Source: Fibrobacterales bacterium (lineage in GTDB: Bacteria > Fibrobacterota > Fibrobacteria > Fibrobacterales > JAOPTW01). Taken from it: a DNA stretch of 64,000 bases. Positions 40,354-49,294 of the stretch are shown here, piece after piece. The notes beneath the pieces are model-generated. The model worked only from the letters and a program-made list of their open reading frames with translations. It had not been told where the DNA came from and did no database searches. Location: the NCBI GenBank assembly GCA_051532035.1, contig JAOPTW010000013.1:192001-256000 (forward strand). The letters run 5' to 3'. Numbering within the stretch: position 1 is the first letter of the stretch; each line of letters begins with the position of its first letter. The position numbers were made by a program, and so were the translations under genes.

Positions 40354-41763
40354 TTAATTTGCAAATTGCGGTGTTCTCACCGAACCATTCACCTCAAACG
40401 CTACATCTTTAATAATGAGGTTACCTTTCGTATCATCACCTATTTCACTACCAATCTCGAAACGACTAACCCAATATTCATCAGATATACCTGCGGTAGT
40501 AACCAACCAATCAAGAGCGACTTTCACATCAAGTACCCCAGTAAATTCATTCATAGAACCATCATCTGCCCTAAACTGATAATACTTCCAGCCACCCGAT
40601 GACCAACTATCATCTTGGTGACACAGTGTGTACTTTTCTGTGCCTGCATCCAAGGTAATATCAGTACCAAACTTACTTCCCCATTCGCTAGGATTGCATT
40701 TCCATCGCCCAGAATGCCAACCCCAAAAAGTCATTAATTCTACTTTAGGCTGTGGCTGATTGGTTGTGGTTGGATCGTATTTAGTGAGCCACATCTCAAA
40801 ATTGATATTCCAACTCGTACTCTCTTGAAGATCGATAGCAAGTGAATCTATGCTTATTGTTGCACTCCTGATATCCTTCACTTGAAGCGGAAGAATGTCT
40901 GTGCTTGAACGGCTTGGTGGATCTGTTCTATCGCTTTTATTCAATGGGAATGCCCCTATCTCAACCTCTGGATAATCAGGAGTATTACTTGCATCACGTG
41001 GATAATTCGGCTCACACGCCCCTCTATCAAACTTCCAGCCAAAGCGATGTTCCGCATCTACAAAAATTTCGTAATCCGTATTACATTTCAATTTTTTAGA
41101 ACCCCAGGTATTTCTAAAGAGCTCAATATCTCCCATATGAATACGTGCCCAATCTGAATCTTTTGAAACCGGCACCATAACAGTCCCTGGGCGCCCCAGA
41201 ACAGCGCTTGAAGAGCTCACAACCGAACTACTTGACGAAACGGATGACGATATCGATGAAGAGCTCACTGGTTGGCTACTTGAGTTTGATGACAGTGAAC
41301 TACTTACCGTGGCACTACTAGAACTCACGACAACAGATGAACTGCTTGACTGAGAACTACTGACTGGTGAGCTACTTGATGAGGCGTTACTGACTGAGCT
41401 TTGTGTTTGTCCTGAACTCACTATTGAATCAGGTTGAGCACTGGAAGAGCTACCCTGACTACTATGAAATTCGTTGGTTAAAGAACTAATGCCCGTAGCT
41501 CCTGAAACTGAAGCACGAGCACTTGAGCTATTCTGAGCACTCGAAACGGTTAAGTCACCAACAGATGACGATGACGATACTATAGGCGCACTACTACTCG
41601 GATTACTGCCTATTACGGTAGTATCATCGGGTATGGTTGCTCCTATCTGGTGCGAACTACTGGGTATTGGTGATGTTCCAATCGTAGGGGAGCTATTTGA
41701 ATCATTACATCCTAAGAAGCTTAACAATGCTGCAAGGATGATAACTAGGTAGGGGTGAATCAT
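40354..41763 (-). CDS. Lipoprotein with long Ser-rich linker and GH12-like glycoside hydrolase domain
   Basis: FLGC lipobox; NTWG, YPEVEIG, NINFEMWL, ELMTFW, EIGSE (two catalytic-type Glu). Confidence 0.7.
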   Translation of the reverse strand: MIHPYLVIILAALLSFLGCNDSNSSPTIGTSPIPSSSHQIGATIPDDTTVIGSNPSSSAPIVSSSSSVGDLTVSSAQNSSSARASVSGATGISSLTNEFHSSQGSSSSAQPDSIVSSGQTQSSVSNASSSSSPVSSSQSSSSSVVVSSSSATVSSSLSSNSSSQPVSSSSISSSVSSSSSVVSSSSAVLGRPGTVMVPVSKDSDWARIHMGDIELFRNTWGSKKLKCNTDYEIFVDAEHRFGWKFDRGACEPNYPRDASNTPDYPEVEIGAFPLNKSDRTDPPSRSSTDILPLQVKDIRSATISIDSLAIDLQESTSWNINFEMWLTKYDPTTTNQPQPKVELMTFWGWHSGRWKCNPSEWGSKFGTDITLDAGTEKYTLCHQDDSWSSGGWKYYQFRADDGSMNEFTGVLDVKVALDWLVTTAGISDEYWVSRFEIGSEIGDDTKGNLIIKDVAFEVNGSVRTPQFAN

Positions 41764-41942
41764 AGTTATTATCTCTATTTTGTGAATGATGAGATAAATA
41801 TAACCATTATCGGTCTCCATCAGTATTGTGAGTTGGCTAATATAAACAGTAAGCGCTTTTTACGGGTAGTTCATTAATGTTTGTTACATGACTTTGGAAG
41901 AGAAACAGATGCTATGGGGCTGTTTCCATGTGAGATACCTAT

Positions 41943-42176
41943 TCAGTCTTCCCATTTCATTAATTTAATAATATTTAAAATCTCACCTTCGATATGTTTA
42001 GGGTCTCCCTCTAACTCACCCCCCCATTCTTTTGACATTAAAATTATATCTTCAGGGGCTGGTGTGTTTTTCAATAATTGAAGCTGCTCTATAAGGTAAT
42101 CTATTCCGAGGTTATTTAAATGAAGATTAAATCTTCCCTCTGCCTCTTCTAACAACACAAGTTTTTTGGGAGTCAC
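41943..42176 (-). CDS. Imm32-like immunity protein
   Basis: GIDYLIEQLQLL...LMSKEWGG.L motif; RBS GAGG. Confidence 0.6.
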   Translation of the reverse strand: MTPKKLVLLEEAEGRFNLHLNNLGIDYLIEQLQLLKNTPAPEDIILMSKEWGGELEGDPKHIEGEILNIIKLMKWED

Positions 42177-42297
42177 AAATACCTCTTCTTAGTTCAATAC
42201 TGCTTTGCTAATGCAGTCCACATTACGATTGAGTGCAACAGAAGGCCGCGTTATGTAAATAATAATTATTGTTTGACCTACGGGAGTGAATTAATAT

Positions 42298-42327
42298 TTA
42301 ACTGCCTAAAAGAACGATTTGATAGCT
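42298..42327 (+). repeat. Intergenic module D
   Basis: ttaactgcctaaaagaacgatttGATAGCT. Confidence 0.6.
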
Positions 42328-42358
42328 GGCATTAAATACCTTCGCTTCAACTTATAAA

Positions 42359-42440
42359 CGTGTAAACCGCTCGGGACGGTTGGCATGATCAGTGGCAACA
42401 AATCAGGTAAGTGCTAAAGTTTTAACAGAGTTTGTTAAGT
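42359..42440 (+). repeat. Intergenic module H, copy 2, ending in GTTAAGT
   Basis: cgtgtaaaccgctcgggacggttgg...aagttttaacagagtttGTTAAGT overlapping the stop at 42435. Confidence 0.8.
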
Positions 42441-42725
42441 ACGGCGCATCATTTTAGCATGATGTCTATTTAAAATATACATGCCAGACAATAGTCCAAT
42501 CAATTTCATAAGGCTTACCGAACTCCGTTGTACCAATGTTTCATGAAGAATTAACACAACAGGAATTACCAAAAATATTGAAATCATTAATACTGCATTA
42601 TTAATAGCCTTTCTTTCATCGAATACTCGGTTGCGGAATATATACAGAAGTAGTTTACTGATATAGTATGCAAAGAAAGGTAGCGATGAATAGGCCAGTA
42701 TAGTTCCTAAGCCTCTAAGTATCAT
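42435..42725 (-). CDS. Small membrane hypothetical protein
   Basis: 3 hydrophobic segments; between modules G and H. Confidence 0.55.
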   Translation of the reverse strand: MILRGLGTILAYSSLPFFAYYISKLLLYIFRNRVFDERKAINNAVLMISIFLVIPVVLILHETLVQRSSVSLMKLIGLLSGMYILNRHHAKMMRRT

Positions 42726-42730
42726 TGAAA

Positions 42731-42835
42731 TCAGGATTCACCTCAACTGAGTAAAAGTTCATAATAAATACCAAGATGCAAAAAAACCTGGGAATAGGTA
42801 ATGTAATATATTGGTTATTGGATCTCATCAAAACA
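42731..42835 (-). repeat. Intergenic module G
   Basis: Matches 18263..18365. Confidence 0.85.
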
Positions 42836-42902
42836 ACTTCAAAGACAGAATCTGTCACACCTACTGTAGTACCTTTACCCTTTTAACTATTATAGTGAAT
42901 CT

Positions 42903-43874
42903 ATGACAAACGAAAACATACACGATCAAGCATTCAAAGAACTCATCCAAGAATGCTTTAAGGAATTCATGGAACTCTTCTGGCCCGAAGAATCTAAACA
43001 AATAGACTTTAGAACTGTTCATTTTTTACAACAAGAGATGAGTACCGACCATGGCCCAGGCAAAGGCAATGAACGAAAAATGGATGTCGTCGCTGAGGTT
43101 AGTATAAAGGGTGAGCTCCGCCATATCCTTATCCATATTGAACATCAAAACAGACGAGAGAACGCCTTCCCCAAACGAATGTTTAATTATTACTGCCAGC
43201 TGTGGCTGAGACATCAAAAACCCATCTTCCCTATTGCTCTCTTTAGCGATGACCACTTCTGGAGAAAGCCCATAGATGACTTCTTTGAAATTGAGGCGCT
43301 AGGACGTAAAACAATCCTCTTTAACTATGAACTTATTAAACTAAAGAACCTAAATTGGCGTGACTTTATAGATTCTAACAACCCTATAGTAGCAGCTCTC
43401 ATGACCAAAATGGGCTATAAAACAGAGGAAATCCCTCGAATTAAAGCTCAAATAGCACGCATCCTAACCGGTAGAGAAGTTAGATTCCACAAATTAGGCT
43501 ACCTCGCAGATTTTGCCGAGTTCTACATGCCATTAAAAGAGAAAAAATATATACTTGAATATAAGGCCGAGCTCGAAAAACTCGGTATAAAAAAGGATAT
43601 TACAGAAATGCTCATACTCAGCAAACCATTCAAAGAAAAATTTGAAGCCGCTAAGAAAGAAGGTCTTAAAAAAGGTTTAAAGCAAGGAATTGAGCAAGGA
43701 ATTGAGCAAGGTATTGAACAAGGTATTGAACAAGGTATTGAACAAGGTACTGCTATAGATCAAATAAAAGTAGTACAAAAGCTTTTAGATAAAAAGTATG
43801 ACTGGAAATTCATTACTGAAATTACCGGCCTTTCCCGTCAAAAATTCCAGAGTCTTAAGAAAAAATATTCTTAG
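42903..43874 (+). CDS. Rpn family recombination-promoting nuclease / PD-(D/E)XK putative transposase
   Basis: HDQAFKELI, RKMDVV, ILIHIEHQ, FPKRMFNY, C-terminal EQGI repeats and ITEITGLS helix. Confidence 0.9.
   Translation: MTNENIHDQAFKELIQECFKEFMELFWPEESKQIDFRTVHFLQQEMSTDHGPGKGNERKMDVVAEVSIKGELRHILIHIEHQNRRENAFPKRMFNYYCQLWLRHQKPIFPIALFSDDHFWRKPIDDFFEIEALGRKTILFNYELIKLKNLNWRDFIDSNNPIVAALMTKMGYKTEEIPRIKAQIARILTGREVRFHKLGYLADFAEFYMPLKEKKYILEYKAELEKLGIKKDITEMLILSKPFKEKFEAAKKEGLKKGLKQGIEQGIEQGIEQGIEQGIEQGTAIDQIKVVQKLLDKKYDWKFITEITGLSRQKFQSLKKKYS
43683..43749 (+). repeat. 12-bp tandem repeat encoding (E)QGI
   Basis: caagg(a/t)attga(g/a) x5. Confidence 0.9.
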
Positions 43875-43951
43875 GGACTTCCCTATTCTAAACAACCTCA
43901 TAAACCTACTAAGAGACTCGGCTAAAGATTACGTCACTGTAAGAAGCCTCA

Positions 43952-44515
43952 TTAAGCACTCTCGTTACGCTTATAGATCCTGTATTCATGGGTAAAGAAA
44001 ATATTTGCTGAAATAAATATTGTAAACAATAACATCGAGGGAAAAAACAGAGAAGCTGAATTAATTAAAAATTGCTCATATAACGGAAATCCAATAATTA
44101 ACAGTAAATTGTTAACTATTGCAAATACACTGATTATAAGTGAAGTCATCGTTGTTACAAATACCAAAAGCCTCACATGGGGGTAAACATGTTTCGGGAA
44201 TCTGAAAAATCGTTTTGACCATGGATCGAGCTTATCGAAAAAATAGTAGTAGATATAGTCAGAGTATTTCAAATCATTCTTAGTAACAGGCCATGGGTTG
44301 CCCCAAATATAGAATGCCCAGCAAATCGCTATCATTATTGTAATAATTATTTGAAAAATTAAGAAGCCATACCAGCTGAGGTTTCCAAGGCTCACTAATG
44401 GATTTAATTCATTACTTAATGTTGGTGTATATATGTACGTTATACTCAGATCAGCGAGCCGTAATAGTATTACAGCGACAATAGTACTGATGAATTGAAA
44501 ATATTTTGAAGACAT
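43952..44515 (-). CDS. Membrane hypothetical protein
   Basis: 4 TM segments; D...T..YTP.L..E.NPL motif. Confidence 0.7.
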   Translation of the reverse strand: MSSKYFQFISTIVAVILLRLADLSITYIYTPTLSNELNPLVSLGNLSWYGFLIFQIIITIMIAICWAFYIWGNPWPVTKNDLKYSDYIYYYFFDKLDPWSKRFFRFPKHVYPHVRLLVFVTTMTSLIISVFAIVNNLLLIIGFPLYEQFLINSASLFFPSMLLFTIFISANIFFTHEYRIYKRNESA

Positions 44516-44581
44516 AAGTCCCTGTTTAAGTGAGGAGATTTTTCTTCTTATTCCGAAGTTAACGGCTGAGTTAATAGCTTT

Positions 44582-44785
44582 TTATGGCTCTTGTATTTCA
44601 ATACAGTCATTAATGGTGCACAGGACAAGTCTGCCATCATCACACTTACAGTTGTTGCAGCCATCGTTTACTGCGTCTCCATCAGAATATGTCTTTCCGT
44701 TTACTTTACAATCATCTGTAAAGACAGAGCAGGAAGATATTAGGATTACAAATATTAATAAAAATAGTTGATAGGTATATTTCAT
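44582..44785 (-). CDS. Small Cys-rich lipoprotein, VWC/pacifastin-like
   Basis: ISSC lipobox; CKVNGKTY..G....GCNNCKCDDG....CT...C; ATG 44785 with GGAG RBS. Confidence 0.75.
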   Translation of the reverse strand: MKYTYQLFLLIFVILISSCSVFTDDCKVNGKTYSDGDAVNDGCNNCKCDDGRLVLCTINDCIEIQEP

Positions 44786-44811
44786 AGTGCGCGACTCCAA
44801 GAGGCCAAAAT

Positions 44812-44945
44812 CTAATATTACAAAAGGTTGATTTATCACATATAATCTAGCTAATTCCCTCTAAAGCGGTACCCCCTCCTGAGTAGAGGCTACTGATACA
44901 GGGAGCGGTACGTGATTCAGGAGAGTGAGTAACCAAGTGTTAACC
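44812..44945. repeat. Module A fused to the left part of module C
   Basis: aaggttgatttat..ataatctagctaattccc then gg.tac.gat.caggga..gattcaggag; ends in caagtGTTAACC (same 12-mer at 20167). Confidence 0.8.
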
Positions 44946-44981
44946 GGCATCCAATCGAACAGTGTTGTTTCACTGTGCCAA

Positions 44982-46754
44982 TTACAGAGACATTTTGAAT
45001 TCCAGAATTAATTCCTTGGCCTGTCTAGATCCAAAACTGCCCGGGTTGTTTTCGATGTACCCGTCGAGCAGTTCTATCGCTTTATTCTTTTTGCCGAGTT
45101 TCTCCATCGAAGAGGCGATTTCTTTATAGAAGGGAAAGTACCCTGGAGAGAGCTTCTTTCCTTTTTGGTAAAGCGCTATGGACTTCTGGTAGTCTTTTTC
45201 CTGAAAATGATAAAAGGTTCCCAGATAGAGGTACCCATCTCTGTCATCCGGATACAGTTCGATTATCATCTGGTATTTTAACTTCGTCCTTTTCAGGTTC
45301 CCTTTGGCCCAGGCTATGTTACCTTGATAAATGAGCGCTTCCTTGCTGTACCCGGTTATTTTGTTTTCAAAACTGAGAGTCTTTTTCAAATATTTGTCCT
45401 GTCTAGCCTCATCCCCATTAAAATAGCTGGCGCACATAATTCCTGAATAGGCCATAGCAAAACTCGTATCCAAAGCAATCGCTTCTTCATAATTCTGAAT
45501 CGCCAAATCAAACTCACCAGTCATGATGTAATTATGCCCCTGTAAGAACTTCCCGTAGGCCTCTATGTTATTGGTGGTTAAGTCACCAAAACTGAAATTC
45601 TTTTCTTCGGGTAGCTTTATATTGTAAGACTTGGATATCACCGTGTAAAAATCGGACGTCAGTGCTTGAACACCTTCTTTAAGTATCGATTCTATGGAAG
45701 AGCTAGAATAGCTGAATGTTTTGAGCAATTTTTGTTCACGAATGTCATAGAGAATTATATTGACCTTGTAGGAATCCATTAACTTGGTAATATCCCCCGT
45801 TATAACCAGTACACCTCCCAGAGATTTTGCCACTTTGTTGAGCAACATATAATCCTGAGTTAAATTTTTATTCCGTACACCTGTTTTTTCCAGTTCATCT
45901 GCCACTCTAACCGGACTTATTAAATGAACTTTAGGCCAATTGTAAAATTTTTCTGTAATTGAGTTGGCAATCATATCGCCAATGGGAGCTTTAATTGTTG
46001 TGTCCCCAAGGCTATTGGACACACTTAAAATTACCAGACCAGGCCGCTTTACTTTATTTGATGCGGTACTGCCTGAATTGAAAACACCGCTCTCCCCTCC
46101 CGAAACGATTATAAAAGCAGCCAGTAGTACACTCAAAAGAATCAACACCCCTGCAATAACCGGAACCGAGTTCCCTTTTTTATTAGAGACTTCTTTTTTC
46201 TCAGGTGTTTCTTTAGACGGATGCTTAATTTTCACGGAAGGGTCCCAGAGCACATTGAACACTTCTATTGGGTAACTGATGTTTTTTAAATCTTGAATAC
46301 CCACACTTTGAAATTCAAATTCACTGTTACTCTGGACAATATTGTACACCTGTTCCGACACAAAAATGTGGCCGGGTAGTGCTTTGGATTCAAGCCTTTG
46401 GGCTATATTTACTCCATCGCCAAAATAATCTTTATCCTTTTCAATAACATCACCAAGATGTATCCCTATTCTCATTTCAATTTTTGTACCAGCATTAGGC
46501 GTACTATTTCTTTTTTTGAACGTAGACTGGGCTACCGCCGCGCATTGAATGGCATCAGTAACACTTTCAAATTCAACCATGTATGCATCACCAATAGTCT
46601 TAATCACTATCCCTTGATTTTCATGTATGGTTAAGTTCATTATGGAGTTGTGTTCCTGGAGCAGATTCAATGCCAAGTTTTCATCCGTATTCATCAACCG
46701 GCTGTAACCGACAATATCGGTAAACATGATAATTTTTAGATGCTTTTTATTCAT
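44982..46754 (-). CDS. Class III adenylate/guanylate cyclase with TM, TolB-like and TPR region
   Basis: FTDIVGYS, KTIGDA, RIGIHLGDV..FGDGVNIAQRLE; one TM; TPR repeats. Confidence 0.9.
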   Translation of the reverse strand: MNKKHLKIIMFTDIVGYSRLMNTDENLALNLLQEHNSIMNLTIHENQGIVIKTIGDAYMVEFESVTDAIQCAAVAQSTFKKRNSTPNAGTKIEMRIGIHLGDVIEKDKDYFGDGVNIAQRLESKALPGHIFVSEQVYNIVQSNSEFEFQSVGIQDLKNISYPIEVFNVLWDPSVKIKHPSKETPEKKEVSNKKGNSVPVIAGVLILLSVLLAAFIIVSGGESGVFNSGSTASNKVKRPGLVILSVSNSLGDTTIKAPIGDMIANSITEKFYNWPKVHLISPVRVADELEKTGVRNKNLTQDYMLLNKVAKSLGGVLVITGDITKLMDSYKVNIILYDIREQKLLKTFSYSSSSIESILKEGVQALTSDFYTVISKSYNIKLPEEKNFSFGDLTTNNIEAYGKFLQGHNYIMTGEFDLAIQNYEEAIALDTSFAMAYSGIMCASYFNGDEARQDKYLKKTLSFENKITGYSKEALIYQGNIAWAKGNLKRTKLKYQMIIELYPDDRDGYLYLGTFYHFQEKDYQKSIALYQKGKKLSPGYFPFYKEIASSMEKLGKKNKAIELLDGYIENNPGSFGSRQAKELILEFKMSL

Positions 46755-46815
46755 TAGTTATAGCGGCTCCAATAGTCAGGTCAGATGTCTCCTATCTTAC
46801 TATTCTAGAGCTCAT

Positions 46816-46914
46816 AATGCAATGTATTCATTTTGGGAACGCATCAAAAACCCTCTTTTCAGGCCATAATAAGCCTTATTTTCGGTATTTCGAGGGTATC
46901 TTGTATCGCTGCAG
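46816..46914 (-). repeat. Intergenic module F
   Basis: Matches 18331..18433. Confidence 0.75.
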
Positions 46915-46937
46915 TATTACTTAAGAGGGGTTTTGTA

Positions 46938-47132
46938 TCAATCTTCCCATGTGTCATTAGTATCTTTTTTGATTATATCTAGTCGGGTCAATGCTTCAGT
47001 AAAAAGTTCATTTTTTTTATGCCGTATAACATCTGAATCTATTTTATTTATGGTAATATTTCCATTCTCGAAAGCATTTAATATGTCTAAACTTGCTTTG
47101 ATGTCGGCTAGTGTATATTCTCTCATATTCAT
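46938..47132 (-). CDS. Short hypothetical protein
   Basis: 64 aa ORF with AGG RBS, flanked by module-like sequence. Confidence 0.4.
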   Translation of the reverse strand: MNMREYTLADIKASLDILNAFENGNITINKIDSDVIRHKKNELFTEALTRLDIIKKDTNDTWED

Positions 47133-47258
47133 TATAGCAACCTAGTTCAGTAAAACGATTCACCTCAGTGTATCATAACTTATCAATAAGGTCTATGAGA
47201 AAGGATGGTACGTCAGTTTAATTCAAGGCGACTGCGGGGATAATAAAACATAATCAGA

Positions 47259-48104
47259 CTATACTGAGTGGATCATTGTAATAGTCTTATCCAGAAATGC
47301 AAGTGTGCCGCCCTTTTCACGAGGCATTCGTGCCTGTATGGGGATCTTATTAGAAGCGTGATTAACAGAAAAAACACCCTTACTCATACTGGTATTAACC
47401 AGTAACTCTCGCAGCTCTTTCAATTCTTGAAGGTACTCTATCTTTTCGAACTCTCCATTTTTCCATTGAGCATAGAGTGGGGTGTTGGGGGTGATCATCA
47501 AACTGAGTACTCCAACATAATTGGGGTCAATCTGCGAAATAACAATCCCCGTCTCTTTCGCGTGCACCATAGAATCTCTAGCCCCACCTAATCCAAGTAA
47601 TACCGTCAATGAGAGTTTAATGCCTGCATCTTTTATCTTACGGCCTTGCTGTACAATATAGCTCGGGTCAGACTGTTTACCATGAAAAGCTAACGTTGGA
47701 GCATGTCCCGATTCCAACCCCATATGCAACATTTTTAAGTTGAGATTTCGCAACTCTTTTAAATCTTCTACCGTTTTATTTTGAAGATTTTTTTCATAGA
47801 CATATGCAGAAATTACTTGAACCCAGGGAAGAGTTTCAGCGATCAGTGTAAGAAGTCGAACTAATTTCTTTTGAGATAATACCATTGCATCACCGTCACA
47901 TAAAAACAGGCGTGATACATTTTGATAATGGATTGCCGCATAGTCTAAGTCAGCGGTAATCTGTTCCCAAGACTTTACTCTAAATTCCTTATCGCGATAC
48001 ATCTCACAAAAGCCGCATTTGTTATGGGAGCACCCAACAGTAATCTGTAATAGTATTGAGTTCCGCTCACTGGGAGGGCGATATATTTGTCCGACATAGT
48101 CCAT
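47259..48104 (-). CDS. Radical SAM protein
   Basis: YRPPSE...GCSHNKCGFC (CxxxCxxC), GLESG, LLGLGG. Confidence 0.92.
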   Translation of the reverse strand: MDYVGQIYRPPSERNSILLQITVGCSHNKCGFCEMYRDKEFRVKSWEQITADLDYAAIHYQNVSRLFLCDGDAMVLSQKKLVRLLTLIAETLPWVQVISAYVYEKNLQNKTVEDLKELRNLNLKMLHMGLESGHAPTLAFHGKQSDPSYIVQQGRKIKDAGIKLSLTVLLGLGGARDSMVHAKETGIVISQIDPNYVGVLSLMITPNTPLYAQWKNGEFEKIEYLQELKELRELLVNTSMSKGVFSVNHASNKIPIQARMPREKGGTLAFLDKTITMIHSV

Positions 48105-48231
48105 GACGTAAATATACTTTTCCCTGAGGGGATTTCAACGCACAGCACTAGATTCTACCGAACAATAACCCCTTGAATACCAATAACCGCCCTATGCCTA
48201 TTACACAAGTAAAGGCAGTAACCCTCCCCCA

Positions 48232-49095
48232 CTACAGTGAAAAGTGGTAACTGAAATCCAGCCAAGGGATCGGAATATCCCAATCCTTACTAAAGGCCAA
48301 TCCTGCATCAACAGCGAGTTTTGCACCCATTATTCTGAGTGCTAGGGTGTTAATCATTATACTCGTGTTAGACTCTTCTCTAAACAGCAAAAAAACATTT
48401 TCTGATACCACTGCAAACTGAGGGTTTAATCGATATAGTCCTGATAGAGATATAAAACCAAGATCTCCCATATAGAACCCTTCGGTTGTGAATGGGAGTG
48501 ATACATTAAGCGTAGCATGCATATCCTCTCGCCCATAGGTAGTGGTTAAAAAGGGCACCGAAACGCAGGCGCTCTCATTCTCAAAATCAGCACACCACAA
48601 TTGGTAGCCAGCAGCACAATGTACCTGCTCGTAGGGGCTATACCCAATTTTAATGCCACCGATCCCATTGGCCGCTTCAAAAAAAAGAAACGGTATCATA
48701 GACCCGAGCTGTAGATTAATATGCTCATTAATACCGTATCCGACGGCAGTAAACATAACCTCTTTTTGAGAAACCGTAACCTCACCCCTATGTAACATAA
48801 ATCCTGACGGTGAATAGAGATACCGCGTTCTATTAGGGTCTCTATAGCCAACGTCACCTTCACTATTTTTGTAGCCTTCGGCATAGTGAATCACCGTATC
48901 AACAGATGATACTTCTGCTACAATGCGTGAGGAATCCAAAAGGAGAATAACATACGATACATCGGTGGTATCTTCGATATACCCTATAAGTTCCTGGCCA
49001 TCAGTAAAGATAAATCGGGAGAATTCCTGGGACCCGCTACTCGCATACACTATACATGCACTCGTAATACCCATTATTGTTGAGAATAATTTCAT
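48232..49095 (-). CDS. Secreted/outer-membrane hypothetical protein
   Basis: Signal peptide; PNRTRYLYSPS; beta-barrel-like C-terminus IPWLDFSYHF. Confidence 0.75.
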   Translation of the reverse strand: MKLFSTIMGITSACIVYASSGSQEFSRFIFTDGQELIGYIEDTTDVSYVILLLDSSRIVAEVSSVDTVIHYAEGYKNSEGDVGYRDPNRTRYLYSPSGFMLHRGEVTVSQKEVMFTAVGYGINEHINLQLGSMIPFLFFEAANGIGGIKIGYSPYEQVHCAAGYQLWCADFENESACVSVPFLTTTYGREDMHATLNVSLPFTTEGFYMGDLGFISLSGLYRLNPQFAVVSENVFLLFREESNTSIMINTLALRIMGAKLAVDAGLAFSKDWDIPIPWLDFSYHFSL

Positions 49096-49294
49096 AGCAT
49101 TCTCCCGCTCTCTTTAGTATACCATTATTTTACCAAATACGCGAAGAGCTCAGTTGGTATCCCCTAGAGAACGATTTCCAAAGAATGTGAATAAAAAACC
49201 ACATTTGATTCACAATTCGTTCACATTTGGTTTTTATACTTGTTAAAGAAGCAAATAGCCCCACACAGATGTGTTAAGTGAAATAAGGAATTGT

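Noticed and set aside
42903..43874. Rpn gene as an insertion sequence
   Set aside because: No terminal inverted repeats or target duplication seen.
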